From the IMG/VR virus record IMGVR_UViG_3300020129_000255, positions 1 through 63,257 of that record: a stretch of DNA of 63,257 nucleotides; one strand, 5' to 3'. The notes beneath the pieces are model-generated. The model ran no database searches. It saw nothing but the letters and a program-made list of their open reading frames with translations, and was not told the origin of the DNA. Positions 27,819 through 37,871 of this stretch are shown piece after piece. Positions within the stretch are counted from its first letter, which is position 1. Each line of letters starts with the position of its first letter. The position numbers and the translations under genes were made by a program. This DNA comes from a virus (taxonomy: Duplodnaviria > Caudoviricetes).

Positions 27819-29857
27819 GAAAGCGTTTCCTACTGGCACTACTTGTGATGCTCCTGCCGACTCTGGCATGGGCACAAACAGCTACGGTCACGGGACATAT
27901 GGTCCTGCCGTCGGGCTCAGCACCGACTAACTCCAAGGTCTGTGCCACGCTGCTCAACTACAAGCCAAACTCTCCGCATGTGGTCGGCACGGGCACCATT
28001 GTGACTCCGTCGGTTTGCGTGACGCCCGCGGCTGATGGCTCATTCTCGACTTCGCTCATTGAGAATGCGAACATCTCTCCCGTAGGGACGTACTGGCGCT
28101 TCGACTTCTATGCGAATGGGGTGCAGCAGAGCAGTAGCACGTTCTTGGTCAACCATTCCCCATTCAACATCGACACTGAGATTCCGCTCTCTGCGATCCC
28201 AGGGGCGGGACCGAATCAGCTCATCGTGCAGGTCTATCCGTGCGTCGTTCCTGTGGCCTCGCTGACTTGGACTTGCGCGCATAACTTTAACGATCCCACT
28301 GTCTTCGTCGAGACGTTCGATGGGAACTCGAAGCAGGTCTACCCCGACTCAATCGATACGTCGAACATAAATACGACTACGATCCACTGGGTCACTCCGC
28401 AAGCCGGCAAGGCCCTCATCATGCATGCAGGGAACATTGCCCTCACGACGACTCAGCCGAATGCGGTGCTCCAGAATCCTCTCGCTGGCCAGACCATCCA
28501 AGGACCATCTCTCGGTGTGAACACTCCAGCCACGTTCTCCGGGCCGACCACCTTCTCCGGTACCACTTCGATCGGAGCGTTGAACACGACTGGTCCTGTG
28601 GTAAACACGGGAAGTATCACAAGCGCAAAGGACAACGGTGTGGTGTGGGTGGACGGGGTGACGTACACAACTATCGCCGCCGCCTACGCTGCGTTGCCAT
28701 CCACTGGTGGCTGCGTCCACGTTCCGCCGAACTATGCTGAAACGTTGAGCGCGAATCTCGTACTGAACAAGTCATTCTCGTGTCTGTACTTCGAGGGACC
28801 GGCTACGATCACACAGGGCACGTTCTTCGTCTCAATTCCCTCGCCTACGACCAACGTAGCCATTAGGGGAGCAATTCCCTTTGGCTCCAACACGGCAGGC
28901 GGCCCGGGTGTTGTCTTCGTCTACACTGGCACTGGCGCTGCGATCCGTGTCGGGGACTCTTCGGCGACGACAACATCTATCCACCTTGGAGACATTGCGG
29001 TCAAGATTAGCACTGCCGACGTGGCGGCGGAGGGCATCCTTGCGACGCGCACGCAGTCCTTGGAATTGACGCGCCCGCGAGTCTTCGGTCTTCTCACCGC
29101 TAATTCACAGAATCTCATTCATCTTGACGGAACGTCAAGCGCTCCTGGCTCAGCGAACACTCACATCGAGGAGCCGTATCTGTCTAATGGTCACAAGGCC
29201 ATCGTAGTTACCGGCGACATTGTTTTGAATAACCACAACCAGCTTGTTGGCGGCCTCATTACCGGCATTGCAGACTCAGGCAGCATCGGCATAGACGTTC
29301 AGACAGGTGCAGGCTTCACCTGTCTCGGAACTGACGTTGAGAATTACGAGACTGGTTACAGCGTTAGCTCAACCTCAAATCGTGCCTTTAACGGTCTCGA
29401 CTGTCACACTGGCGAGGGCACCACGACCTCATTCAAGTTCGGCGCCTCCAGTCTGCAGAACTTTGTAATCACTGATTCTCAGGTTGCTATCAACGACCTC
29501 GGTACGGGTAACACCGTTTGGGCGACTGGAACAGGGCTCAACGCTCAGGTGAATGTGCCTGGCACGCTGGCGGTTGCTGGCGTCACGAATGCCACGGGCG
29601 ATCAGCTCTTCAATACGTCAACGACCTGTACCACCGCAGCCTCTGCTGGTGCCGTCTGCACCACCGCAGCGATCACTCTACCGGTGGCCTACGCAGATAC
29701 GAATTACCGCGTCAGTTGCACCGGCTTAGCGCCTACGAACGTTCCCGTGGTCGAATCTGTCGCCAAGTCAAACTCCACTTTCACCATTAAGATCGCGGCC
29801 CTCACTGCAGCTGCTGCTACCTACGCTTCCTACGACTGCAGGGTAGGACATAACTGA
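27815..29857 (+). CDS. Tail fibre/spike with Sec signal peptide
   Basis: MRKRFLLALLVMLLPTLAWA|Q, fibre-type N-domain (DGSFS...ISPVGTYW), WT..HN...V...D module, beta-helix, C-terminal LPVAYADTNY domain, 12 Cys. Confidence 0.8.
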   Translation: MRKRFLLALLVMLLPTLAWAQTATVTGHMVLPSGSAPTNSKVCATLLNYKPNSPHVVGTGTIVTPSVCVTPAADGSFSTSLIENANISPVGTYWRFDFYANGVQQSSSTFLVNHSPFNIDTEIPLSAIPGAGPNQLIVQVYPCVVPVASLTWTCAHNFNDPTVFVETFDGNSKQVYPDSIDTSNINTTTIHWVTPQAGKALIMHAGNIALTTTQPNAVLQNPLAGQTIQGPSLGVNTPATFSGPTTFSGTTSIGALNTTGPVVNTGSITSAKDNGVVWVDGVTYTTIAAAYAALPSTGGCVHVPPNYAETLSANLVLNKSFSCLYFEGPATITQGTFFVSIPSPTTNVAIRGAIPFGSNTAGGPGVVFVYTGTGAAIRVGDSSATTTSIHLGDIAVKISTADVAAEGILATRTQSLELTRPRVFGLLTANSQNLIHLDGTSSAPGSANTHIEEPYLSNGHKAIVVTGDIVLNNHNQLVGGLITGIADSGSIGIDVQTGAGFTCLGTDVENYETGYSVSSTSNRAFNGLDCHTGEGTTTSFKFGASSLQNFVITDSQVAINDLGTGNTVWATGTGLNAQVNVPGTLAVAGVTNATGDQLFNTSTTCTTAASAGAVCTTAAITLPVAYADTNYRVSCTGLAPTNVPVVESVAKSNSTFTIKIAALTAAAATYASYDCRVGHN

Positions 29858-29859
29858 TA

Positions 29860-32800
29860 ATGAGAATACACTTGAAAATACTGTCTGCTTTGCTGCTGCT
29901 CGTAGCGACGTCAGTCTCCGCGCAGACTCAGCACGACCGCATCGCATCGCGTGGTACCTCGACTTTCGACACCATCGCCAACACGCAGACCCTGAGCATG
30001 GTAGGCAATACGCCTAACGTCGCCGGTGGGAACGTCTTCCAGACAGCGAACGGCGGTCCGACCACTGTGACTAACTTCCTGGGCGGCGTAGATACGCAGC
30101 GCATCAGCATCACCTGTGGAGAGACGAACACGACGTTCCAGAATAACTCGAACATCGTCACCACAGCCGGCGTGGATCTGCCCTGCACGGCTAACCTTGT
30201 GGTGCAATTCCTCTACAACCCAGGACTCGGGAAATGGTTACAGGTAGGCAGCGGGAACAATGGCGGCGGTGGTGCCAGCCCTGCGGGAAACAACGGAGAC
30301 CTTCAGTCACGGAATGGTTCAAACCTATCTGCTAGCAGCATCAACGACAACGGGAGCACGGTGAGCGTGTCGCGGGACTCCCACTTCAAGGGTCCAAACC
30401 CATACTATGACATTACGAACTACGGTGCTCGACCGAGCCCGTGGGCAGCGACTACCTGCACGATGACAAGCGGACTAGCCACCGCCACGCTAGGCAGTGG
30501 CACAGGCATGGTCAACGGAGACGGTGTAGTGTGTCGCGGAGCAGGCGCGACCATGACTCTCTCGACGCCGGGGGCTCCTACAGTAGTAGCAGCGAACACA
30601 GCTACTCCAACTGGTACAGGTAGCGTTGTAGCGAACAGCTCCGGCGCCACGACCTATCAATATCAGATCGTCGCGCGCACCATCGGAGGCGGATACACCC
30701 CGGCTGGCTCCGTGACCTCCATCTCTAACGGCCCAGCAACTCTCGGGCAGAACACGAACAACATCTCCTCTTGGACACGCTCGGGGAACACCGTAACCGT
30801 CACAACCTCTGCTGCACACGACCTTGTTGCGGGAGCACAAGTCATCGTCAACACCGGGGACTTCTCGATTCTCGGTACGTACAACGTTGCGACCGTCCCC
30901 GACAACACGCACTTTACGTATGTAGCTGGAATGTCTACGGCGAACAATGCTTCGGCCTCTGGCAGTGGTGGAAGCATCATCTACTTCCGGGCAAACCACA
31001 TCACCTGGGCTGCGGTTACGAATGCTTGGTCATACTTCATCTACGGGCGCACTGCGGGCTCGATGGCTCTGATTGGTGTCAGCTTCCCAGAGAACACGAA
31101 TAGCGATGTAACCTCAGACCCGTTGCACAACAGCTTTGATGACTTCGGCTCTACCATGACTGCAGCTCCGTCGCTGCCGGAATGGGTACCAAGCACGCCG
31201 CCAGTATCCGCGAAGAACGATGACCTAGTGACTACGATCGTCAGTGGTGCGGGAACTACGAGCGTTACCCTGGCAGCCAATGCGTCTAACTCGGTTAGCG
31301 GCACAGTTTTCAAATCAGACGTCACCGCAAACATTCTCGCGGCAGTTACCGCTGCGGGACGCAACGGCACGGTCTACATTCCCGCGGTGGCCAGCGGCGG
31401 CAGTTTTAACACAGAGACCGTTCTTAACTTTCAGACATTCCCCAATAACGTCAGTGTCATGCAAGCGGGAGCCGTCACACTAGGAGACACTCTAACTTGG
31501 ACCGGAACGCTAAATTGGACAGGTCGAGCCCAATCCCCGCAGGGAGCACCAACGTTTTCGTTTGCCTCCTACGTAAACCTGACAGGGACTAACGCATACC
31601 CGGTCCTCTACGCGAAATTCCAGTCTATTCGGCTGTCCTACGTGAATGTTGGTGGCGGGCAGAACGGCGTCATCTTCGTGCAGGATAGCAATGGGCTGAT
31701 CCCGGCCAGCAGTTTCGACCACGTGGATATGTCTACCTCCGGTGCGGGCGATTGGCTCGGGCGGCACATCGTCATCCGCGAAAGCATCAGCGGGAACGCC
31801 GGGTACACATTTACCTACCTAACGATGGTACCGGGAAGCCCGTCTTCGCAGACTCCTGTGTTCATCCATACGAGGAATGGAGGTAGTCCCTACGGGTTTG
31901 ACCACATCTTTTTGAATAAGCGTGGAATGTACTTTGGCGGTGGCGCTCAGGCCACGATTGACTGGATCTACGAGCAGGGGGCGCTGATCACTCCGAAGAT
32001 CATGGTCCAGAACATCACGGGTGGCAGCGCAACCATTTCCCTGGACATTCGCAACTCTATCGAAGACACCACATCGCAACCGATTGTTGGTTATGGTGGC
32101 GCTCTCAATGGTCAAATCAAGATCACTGGCTCTAACGGTCTTCCAGGGCAACCGACAGTTGTCGGCCCTGGGAACGTCGTCGTTCTATTTAGCTCTGTGT
32201 CGGGCGCGGGTAACTCAAGTTCAGTTGGGCAGAACGTTGGCACCGAGGCATCTCCGCAGTTTCAATTCGCCATTGATGGCGTTCAGAGCCTGCAATCGGC
32301 TTCTGTTCCGATTAAGAACTTAAATTCAGGTCTGGCCATCGGCAATCCTTACCAGGTCTATGTGAACTCAACTGTGCAGGCTGCACCGACTTGTGCGGTG
32401 AGTGCTGGCGGCACGGTTCCCGTGGATACCTTTAGTTTCAAAGTGGCACCTGTGTTTGCCTCAAACGGTGAAGGACCAATCTCGCCACCGTCTGCTACTT
32501 GCACCACGTCCGGTGGAAACCAAGTCATCACCGTAACCTGGACTACCGTACCTGGGGCCATCGGTTACGACCTCTACAAAGCCTCAAGCGGTAGCCCGAA
32601 CTCATACTTCTCATTCCAGTGCAACGCCCCATGGGTGACACCTGGAACTGCTACGCAGTACGTGTGGTCAGGAGCTTCGCCGTGTGGCGGCTCGATTCCC
32701 GCCTCTGCTGGCAGCGGTCCTACGTACCTACTCTCGAACGAAGTTGGCTCGGCAAAGTACGCAGTCGTGGGTAACGGATTCGAGACTGACATTACCGCTC

Positions 32801-34437
32801 CGTCTGCGACAGCGCTACGGACGCATACATTGATGAACGCAAGCGGACAACTGAGCCTAATCTCCCCGAATCATAACCCAACGACTCCCTTCCCGCGTTT
32901 CAACCAACCTCTGGTTGACGCGAGCGGGCGTTTCGTAATGAACGTCCCGCCGATGAGCGTGTTCGACGGCTTCAATCGCGCGAACGGTTCCATCCAATCA
33001 GGTAACCCGAACTGGACCATCGTGCAAGGCGGTTTCAACGTTTCCTCGAATGCCACGCAGAACAACAGTGGCGGGCAGAGCCAAGCAGTCTACACGGGAG
33101 CCAGCTTCCCCATAGATGATATGTGGGTTTCTGCGAAGATTGCAGTGGTGCCTACGAGCACCACCCAGATCGCCGTAATCGCCCGAGCCTCTGCATCTGC
33201 CAGCACGGCGTACCAATGCTTCGCCGTGGCGACTGGCTTGAGTCTGAATAAGGCGGTTGCAGGCGTCTTCACTCCGCTGCAAACCGTGGCGCTAAGTTGG
33301 AACGTTGAAGACGTTCTCACAATCAACACGAACGGTACAACCATATCGTGTTACGTCAATGGTGTTCTGACAGCGCAACAGACCGACGCTGCGATCGGCG
33401 TCGGAGGCTTCCCAGGGATCTGGGGCTTCGCAAGCGGCGCCGGAGGATTCAAGGCCTGGTCAGCAAGCGTTGGAGGCGTCAGCCTCAACACCCCGCAAAC
33501 TTGGAATGCCCTGCAGTCCGCGGGCGCCAGCGGCGGCTTCGATGCCAGTGCTTCGACACTGGTCAACGGCTGGCGTATGCCGAACATTTCAGGCGGTACG
33601 CCAAGCACAAACGGATCATTTCTCTACGACTCTACCACGGGGAACATCAAAGCCTTCGCTAACGGCTTGGGTAACTTCATTCCCCCACTGCCGACTTCCA
33701 TCACTCCAACGAACAACGATTGTGTGAAATGGTCTGTTTCCGGTAGCAACATCACGCTTAACACGGCCGGCGCAGCTTGCAGCACAGGCCTTGGTGATCC
33801 TGGCGGGAACGGTATTCTTGTCAGAACAGCACTGAATGCTACGGCTGCACGTACACTGCAGTCCTCGGCTAACGGGGCAGTGACCTGGACCAACGCAGAC
33901 GGCACGGGTGGTAATCCTGTCCCCGTTGTGGTTTTCCCATCGAAGGTTTATCTCGATGCGGCTCTCTGCAACAACGCCACCGCAGGCTCTGCATGGAACC
34001 TACCAACTGGTGGAGCTCCTACGCCCAACTGCAACACTGGTACGAACGTCCAAGAGGCCACACTCGACTTCGCAGACACAAACTCCGCACAGTTCAGCTA
34101 CCTGCTGCCTTCTGACTGGACCGGCGCTATCGATGCGCGCTTCCTCTTCTTCGACTCCAGCACCTCGGGCACAGTCATCTGGAATATCGCCACCGCCTGC
34201 ACTGGCGTAGGCGGCTCCGCGAACGATGACACTGCCTTCAACACGGCCAGCGCAGCCGGCACCGTGACTCTCGGCTCACCAACGAACGCGCAATGGACTG
34301 CATCGGCAACTGGTATCACAACGAGCGGTTGTTCCGCAGGGAACGGCATCACCTTCAAGGTTAGCCGAGCCACTGACTCAGCTGCCGGCGTTGCCCGGCT
34401 GAAAGGAGTCGAATTGACCGTTAGACGTTCACTCTGA
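29860..34437 (+). CDS. Large multidomain fibre/adhesin with Sec signal peptide
   Basis: MRIHLKILSALLLLVATSVSA|Q, DITNYGA beta-helix start, FN3-like and lectin-like (DGFNRANG) modules, 16 Cys. Confidence 0.8.
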   Translation: MRIHLKILSALLLLVATSVSAQTQHDRIASRGTSTFDTIANTQTLSMVGNTPNVAGGNVFQTANGGPTTVTNFLGGVDTQRISITCGETNTTFQNNSNIVTTAGVDLPCTANLVVQFLYNPGLGKWLQVGSGNNGGGGASPAGNNGDLQSRNGSNLSASSINDNGSTVSVSRDSHFKGPNPYYDITNYGARPSPWAATTCTMTSGLATATLGSGTGMVNGDGVVCRGAGATMTLSTPGAPTVVAANTATPTGTGSVVANSSGATTYQYQIVARTIGGGYTPAGSVTSISNGPATLGQNTNNISSWTRSGNTVTVTTSAAHDLVAGAQVIVNTGDFSILGTYNVATVPDNTHFTYVAGMSTANNASASGSGGSIIYFRANHITWAAVTNAWSYFIYGRTAGSMALIGVSFPENTNSDVTSDPLHNSFDDFGSTMTAAPSLPEWVPSTPPVSAKNDDLVTTIVSGAGTTSVTLAANASNSVSGTVFKSDVTANILAAVTAAGRNGTVYIPAVASGGSFNTETVLNFQTFPNNVSVMQAGAVTLGDTLTWTGTLNWTGRAQSPQGAPTFSFASYVNLTGTNAYPVLYAKFQSIRLSYVNVGGGQNGVIFVQDSNGLIPASSFDHVDMSTSGAGDWLGRHIVIRESISGNAGYTFTYLTMVPGSPSSQTPVFIHTRNGGSPYGFDHIFLNKRGMYFGGGAQATIDWIYEQGALITPKIMVQNITGGSATISLDIRNSIEDTTSQPIVGYGGALNGQIKITGSNGLPGQPTVVGPGNVVVLFSSVSGAGNSSSVGQNVGTEASPQFQFAIDGVQSLQSASVPIKNLNSGLAIGNPYQVYVNSTVQAAPTCAVSAGGTVPVDTFSFKVAPVFASNGEGPISPPSATCTTSGGNQVITVTWTTVPGAIGYDLYKASSGSPNSYFSFQCNAPWVTPGTATQYVWSGASPCGGSIPASAGSGPTYLLSNEVGSAKYAVVGNGFETDITAPSATALRTHTLMNASGQLSLISPNHNPTTPFPRFNQPLVDASGRFVMNVPPMSVFDGFNRANGSIQSGNPNWTIVQGGFNVSSNATQNNSGGQSQAVYTGASFPIDDMWVSAKIAVVPTSTTQIAVIARASASASTAYQCFAVATGLSLNKAVAGVFTPLQTVALSWNVEDVLTINTNGTTISCYVNGVLTAQQTDAAIGVGGFPGIWGFASGAGGFKAWSASVGGVSLNTPQTWNALQSAGASGGFDASASTLVNGWRMPNISGGTPSTNGSFLYDSTTGNIKAFANGLGNFIPPLPTSITPTNNDCVKWSVSGSNITLNTAGAACSTGLGDPGGNGILVRTALNATAARTLQSSANGAVTWTNADGTGGNPVPVVVFPSKVYLDAALCNNATAGSAWNLPTGGAPTPNCNTGTNVQEATLDFADTNSAQFSYLLPSDWTGAIDARFLFFDSSTSGTVIWNIATACTGVGGSANDDTAFNTASAAGTVTLGSPTNAQWTASATGITTSGCSAGNGITFKVSRATDSAAGVARLKGVELTVRRSL

Positions 34438-34445
34438 GGTTACAG

Positions 34446-36413
34446 ATGACACGACTGTTCCGCTTACTCTTCATTCTACTCACCATCGCAGCCATCCCCG
34501 CAGTAGCATCCGACATCTACGTAGCTCAGTCCTCCGCCGGAGGTAACACGGGGGCAAACTGCGCCAATGCACGCGCCGGAAGCTCACTCATCGCCGGCGA
34601 TTGGGTAGCTGGAAACACCATCCACTTGTGCGGCACCTGGACCGGGGCTGCGAATCAGTCTCCATTCATAACCGCACTGGGTAACGGAAGCGCTGGCAAC
34701 CCCATCACCATCTTCTTCGAGGCTGGCGCAATCCTCCAGGCGCCGTACTTCCTAAACTCGCAGGGTGGGACTCAGGGCGGCGCGATCACCCTCCAGAGCG
34801 GGCGTAGCTGGATCGTCATCGATGGGAACAATAAGCAGGGAACCATCCAGAACACTGCGAACGGTTCGTCGCTCGCCAATCAGCAGACCTCAGCAGGAAT
34901 CTCAGCGTTCGGCTGCAGCAACTGCACCATCAAGAATCTGAACATTTTTAACATCTACGTGAACGTCGCGGGCAATGGAACCATCGGGGATAGCAGCCTC
35001 GTCATAGCGGTTGATTTCAGCGGCTCTAACTGGACTGTCTCCGGCAACCTGATCCACGATTGCGGCTGGTGCCTGCGGACGGACTACGCGAACGGCGACA
35101 CTAACTACAGCATCTTCAACAACGAGATCTATAACCAGGGCCACGGTTATGCCTTTGCCACTGCCCACGCTGGAAGCCCGAATTGCACCTCACCGTGCCT
35201 GCTCTTTCACGACAACTACATGCACGACACGGCCAACTGGGATGGAGTTCCGCCATACCCAGCCGGATGCTTCTCGCACCAAGACGGCATCCACATGTTC
35301 GGAACGGGCACCAGCACTGCTGGTGACATCTATGTCTACAACAACAAGTTCTCTGGGAATTGGGGAAACTGTCCCACAGGGTTTGTCTACCTAGAGAGCC
35401 TCTTGCCTGCGAATACATATTTCTTCAACAACGTCGGCATTGTGAACTCGAACATCGTCAACTCGAATGGATGGTTCGGACTATTCAGCGCGCAGAACAG
35501 CGGTCAAGCCCTCGTCACCGACAACACCATCGTGGGCCAGACCAGCTCCGACAACTCGCAATGCTTCAGCATCGGGGCAATGAACAACGTCACGTTCAAG
35601 AACAACGTGGTGGCTCCCTGCGGCACCGGGCTCCAATTCAAGACCTCAAACACTGGCACGACCAAAATTGATTACAACTTCTACGGAGCACAGAACGGCT
35701 CAAACGGTATGATCTGGCACGGTTCGTTCTTCACGTATACGAACTGGAAGACCGCCTGCTCCTGCGATGCACACTCCCTGCAGAACAACAATAACGGTCT
35801 GCTCAACTCAGACGGCACTCCTACGCCATCTTCACCATTCATTCTCGAAGGAGATAACCTCGGCTCTCTCGCATCGGGGAACCTTGCTCCGTTGCAGAAC
35901 GATACCACTGCTGGGAACAATCGCACCGCGTTGACGCGGCCTGCTGCGGCCTCTTGCACGTCGCAGGGCACGCTGCCTTGCTGGGACATTGGTGCATTTC
36001 AATTTGCAAGCTCGGCGCCAGCGCCAGCGCCAGATCCTGCCCCGATCGTAATTGCCGCGGTCCCACTCCCGACACAACCAGCTTCGCCCGTCATCGTCAG
36101 CGTCTCCCCGACGAAGACCTACGTAACAAAGAACGGCTGCTCGCAAGAGGGCACGAAGTGGCTGAACCCCTGCGTCTTCGCCCTGACCTGTACCAGTTGC
36201 GATGGCACCACGCAGGTCACTCTCGACGGCTTCGCCGTCGGACAAACCTATGCCAACGGGGTGATGACTGTGAGCGTGCCTCTCAGCGTCCTGCCGGTGC
36301 CGAGCCAGATCACGCTCCATAACTTCGCCGCCACGAATCCCACGATCTCTGTCCCCGTTCTGACCCGCTCCGTAAATCCTACCCCCTCCCGGCTGCTTGT
36401 CCTAGCCAAATAG
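34446..36413 (+). CDS. Secreted right-handed beta-helix protein (candidate depolymerase)
   Basis: MTRLFRLLFILLTIAAIPAVA|S, IYVAQ...TIHLCG, HQDGIH, WDIGAFQF, 20 Cys. Confidence 0.8.
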   Translation: MTRLFRLLFILLTIAAIPAVASDIYVAQSSAGGNTGANCANARAGSSLIAGDWVAGNTIHLCGTWTGAANQSPFITALGNGSAGNPITIFFEAGAILQAPYFLNSQGGTQGGAITLQSGRSWIVIDGNNKQGTIQNTANGSSLANQQTSAGISAFGCSNCTIKNLNIFNIYVNVAGNGTIGDSSLVIAVDFSGSNWTVSGNLIHDCGWCLRTDYANGDTNYSIFNNEIYNQGHGYAFATAHAGSPNCTSPCLLFHDNYMHDTANWDGVPPYPAGCFSHQDGIHMFGTGTSTAGDIYVYNNKFSGNWGNCPTGFVYLESLLPANTYFFNNVGIVNSNIVNSNGWFGLFSAQNSGQALVTDNTIVGQTSSDNSQCFSIGAMNNVTFKNNVVAPCGTGLQFKTSNTGTTKIDYNFYGAQNGSNGMIWHGSFFTYTNWKTACSCDAHSLQNNNNGLLNSDGTPTPSSPFILEGDNLGSLASGNLAPLQNDTTAGNNRTALTRPAAASCTSQGTLPCWDIGAFQFASSAPAPAPDPAPIVIAAVPLPTQPASPVIVSVSPTKTYVTKNGCSQEGTKWLNPCVFALTCTSCDGTTQVTLDGFAVGQTYANGVMTVSVPLSVLPVPSQITLHNFAATNPTISVPVLTRSVNPTPSRLLVLAK

Positions 36414-36418
36414 GCCCA

Positions 36419-36616
36419 ATGCAAACTGATACCACGTTCCACGTAGCAAACCTCATCGTCATTGCTGTCATCGCGTGGAAGGTCATCCGCGCAGCCAACC
36501 GCGTTGAAGATGTCCTCAAGGACTTCCCTCCGCACCGACACTCGAATGGGCACATCTTGTTCCCGAAGGGCTTCGAGCCGACGCGCGTACAAGAGATGCA
36601 CCTACACGAGGACTGA
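36419..36616 (+). CDS. Small membrane protein (holin/antiholin candidate)
   Basis: One hydrophobic segment, directly before the endolysin. Confidence 0.5.
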   Translation: MQTDTTFHVANLIVIAVIAWKVIRAANRVEDVLKDFPPHRHSNGHILFPKGFEPTRVQEMHLHED

Positions 36617-36619
36617 ACG

Positions 36620-37066
36620 ATGCCTCCAACAGCCGACGTACTCATAAAGTTGGCAGTGGACACTGCAAAGCAGTTCAATCTCGATCCCCCTCTCGTGTGC
36701 GGACTCGTGGAGCAGGAATCCGCGTGGAATCCCTGGGCTATGCGCTACGAGCCGGCCTTCTTCGCACGGTACGTCGCCCCGCAGTACACGAACAACAAGA
36801 TCTCAGCCACTGAGGCCTACGAAAGAGCGTTCAGCTTTGGCTTGCTCCAACTCATGGGCCAAGTAGCCCGGGAGATCGGCTTCCCGAAGCAGTTCCTGTC
36901 GGAGCTCTGCGATCCCGCGACCGGCCTGTTCTGGGGATGCAAGGAGCTCCAGCTGAAGCTCGACAAGGCCAAAGGGGACGTGACGCAAGGTTTGTTGCTG
37001 TTTAACGGTGGAAACGATAAGACGTACCCAACGCAGGTGCTGGCACGAGTATCCAAGTACGCATGA
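36620..37066 (+). CDS. Endolysin, SLT lytic transglycosylase
   Basis: EQESAWNPWA.RYE catalytic Glu motif, SFGLLQLM and FNGG...Y. Confidence 0.9.
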   Translation: MPPTADVLIKLAVDTAKQFNLDPPLVCGLVEQESAWNPWAMRYEPAFFARYVAPQYTNNKISATEAYERAFSFGLLQLMGQVAREIGFPKQFLSELCDPATGLFWGCKELQLKLDKAKGDVTQGLLLFNGGNDKTYPTQVLARVSKYA

Positions 37067-37302
37067 CGTTTGATACCATCAAGAAGGTGACGGAAATGTC
37101 TCACATAATCGCCTACATCCAAGCTCATCCCTACGCCGCCGGCATCGTCACGATGTGGGGCGTCAGTGCCTTCGTCAGCTCCGTCCACAACATGATCGCC
37201 CCGACGGATAAGTCCGGCAACGCCTATCGCATGGTCTACGCAGCCCTGCAAAGCATCGCCGCCAACGTTGACAAGGTTCCATTCAAGTTCCAGTCCAAAT
37301 AG
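37063..37302 (+). CDS. Putative holin
   Basis: Small hydrophobic protein after the endolysin. Confidence 0.55.
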   Translation: MTFDTIKKVTEMSHIIAYIQAHPYAAGIVTMWGVSAFVSSVHNMIAPTDKSGNAYRMVYAALQSIAANVDKVPFKFQSK

Positions 37303-37317
37303 GAGAATAAATCGAAA

Positions 37318-37866
37318 ATGAAATTAGCAATCAAGTCCCTACTCTCGTTCGTGCTCGTCGCAGCTCTCATCATCTCGGGATGCAGCTTCGCCTCGGGCAT
37401 CCAGCAACTCGAACGTTACGCCCCGATTGGTCTGAACGCTTTCAGCCAAGTCGTGGCCATTCTGCTGGAGGCCGGCGTAATCAAAGTCGGCACTGCGTCG
37501 AACCTGAATGACGGCGCCTCGAAGGGCACTGCTGTGCTCGCAGACCTACAGGCAGCGCTCACGGCATACCAAGCCTCGCCCTCCCCGGACAAGCTGACCG
37601 CGGTGCAGAATGCGCTCAACGCAGCCTCCGCCACGCTTAGCCAGTTCGCAGCGGATCTCGGCGTAGCCAGTGGTAACAAGGCCGTCGTGGCAGCGCAGGC
37701 TGGGCTGCTCGTCATCACCACTACGTTAGCGTCTATCTCGGCAGCCATGGCCCCGAAGGCTTCGCTCTCGAAGGTGGCCAAGGCCAGCAAGCTCGACGTC
37801 AAGTCTTTCCGCAAACAATTCAATTCCGTGATGCTCGCTCACGGTTATCCGCAGCACACAATCTAA
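37318..37866 (+). CDS. Lipoprotein, spanin candidate
   Basis: Lipobox IISG|C, helical body, second hydrophobic segment followed by a Lys-rich tail. Confidence 0.65.
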   Translation: MKLAIKSLLSFVLVAALIISGCSFASGIQQLERYAPIGLNAFSQVVAILLEAGVIKVGTASNLNDGASKGTAVLADLQAALTAYQASPSPDKLTAVQNALNAASATLSQFAADLGVASGNKAVVAAQAGLLVITTTLASISAAMAPKASLSKVAKASKLDVKSFRKQFNSVMLAHGYPQHTI

Positions 37867-37871
37867 GCCCA

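Noticed and set aside
27815-36413. Diversity-generating retroelement or invertible fibre cassette
   Set aside because: I saw no reverse transcriptase, no template/variable repeat pair and no invertase.
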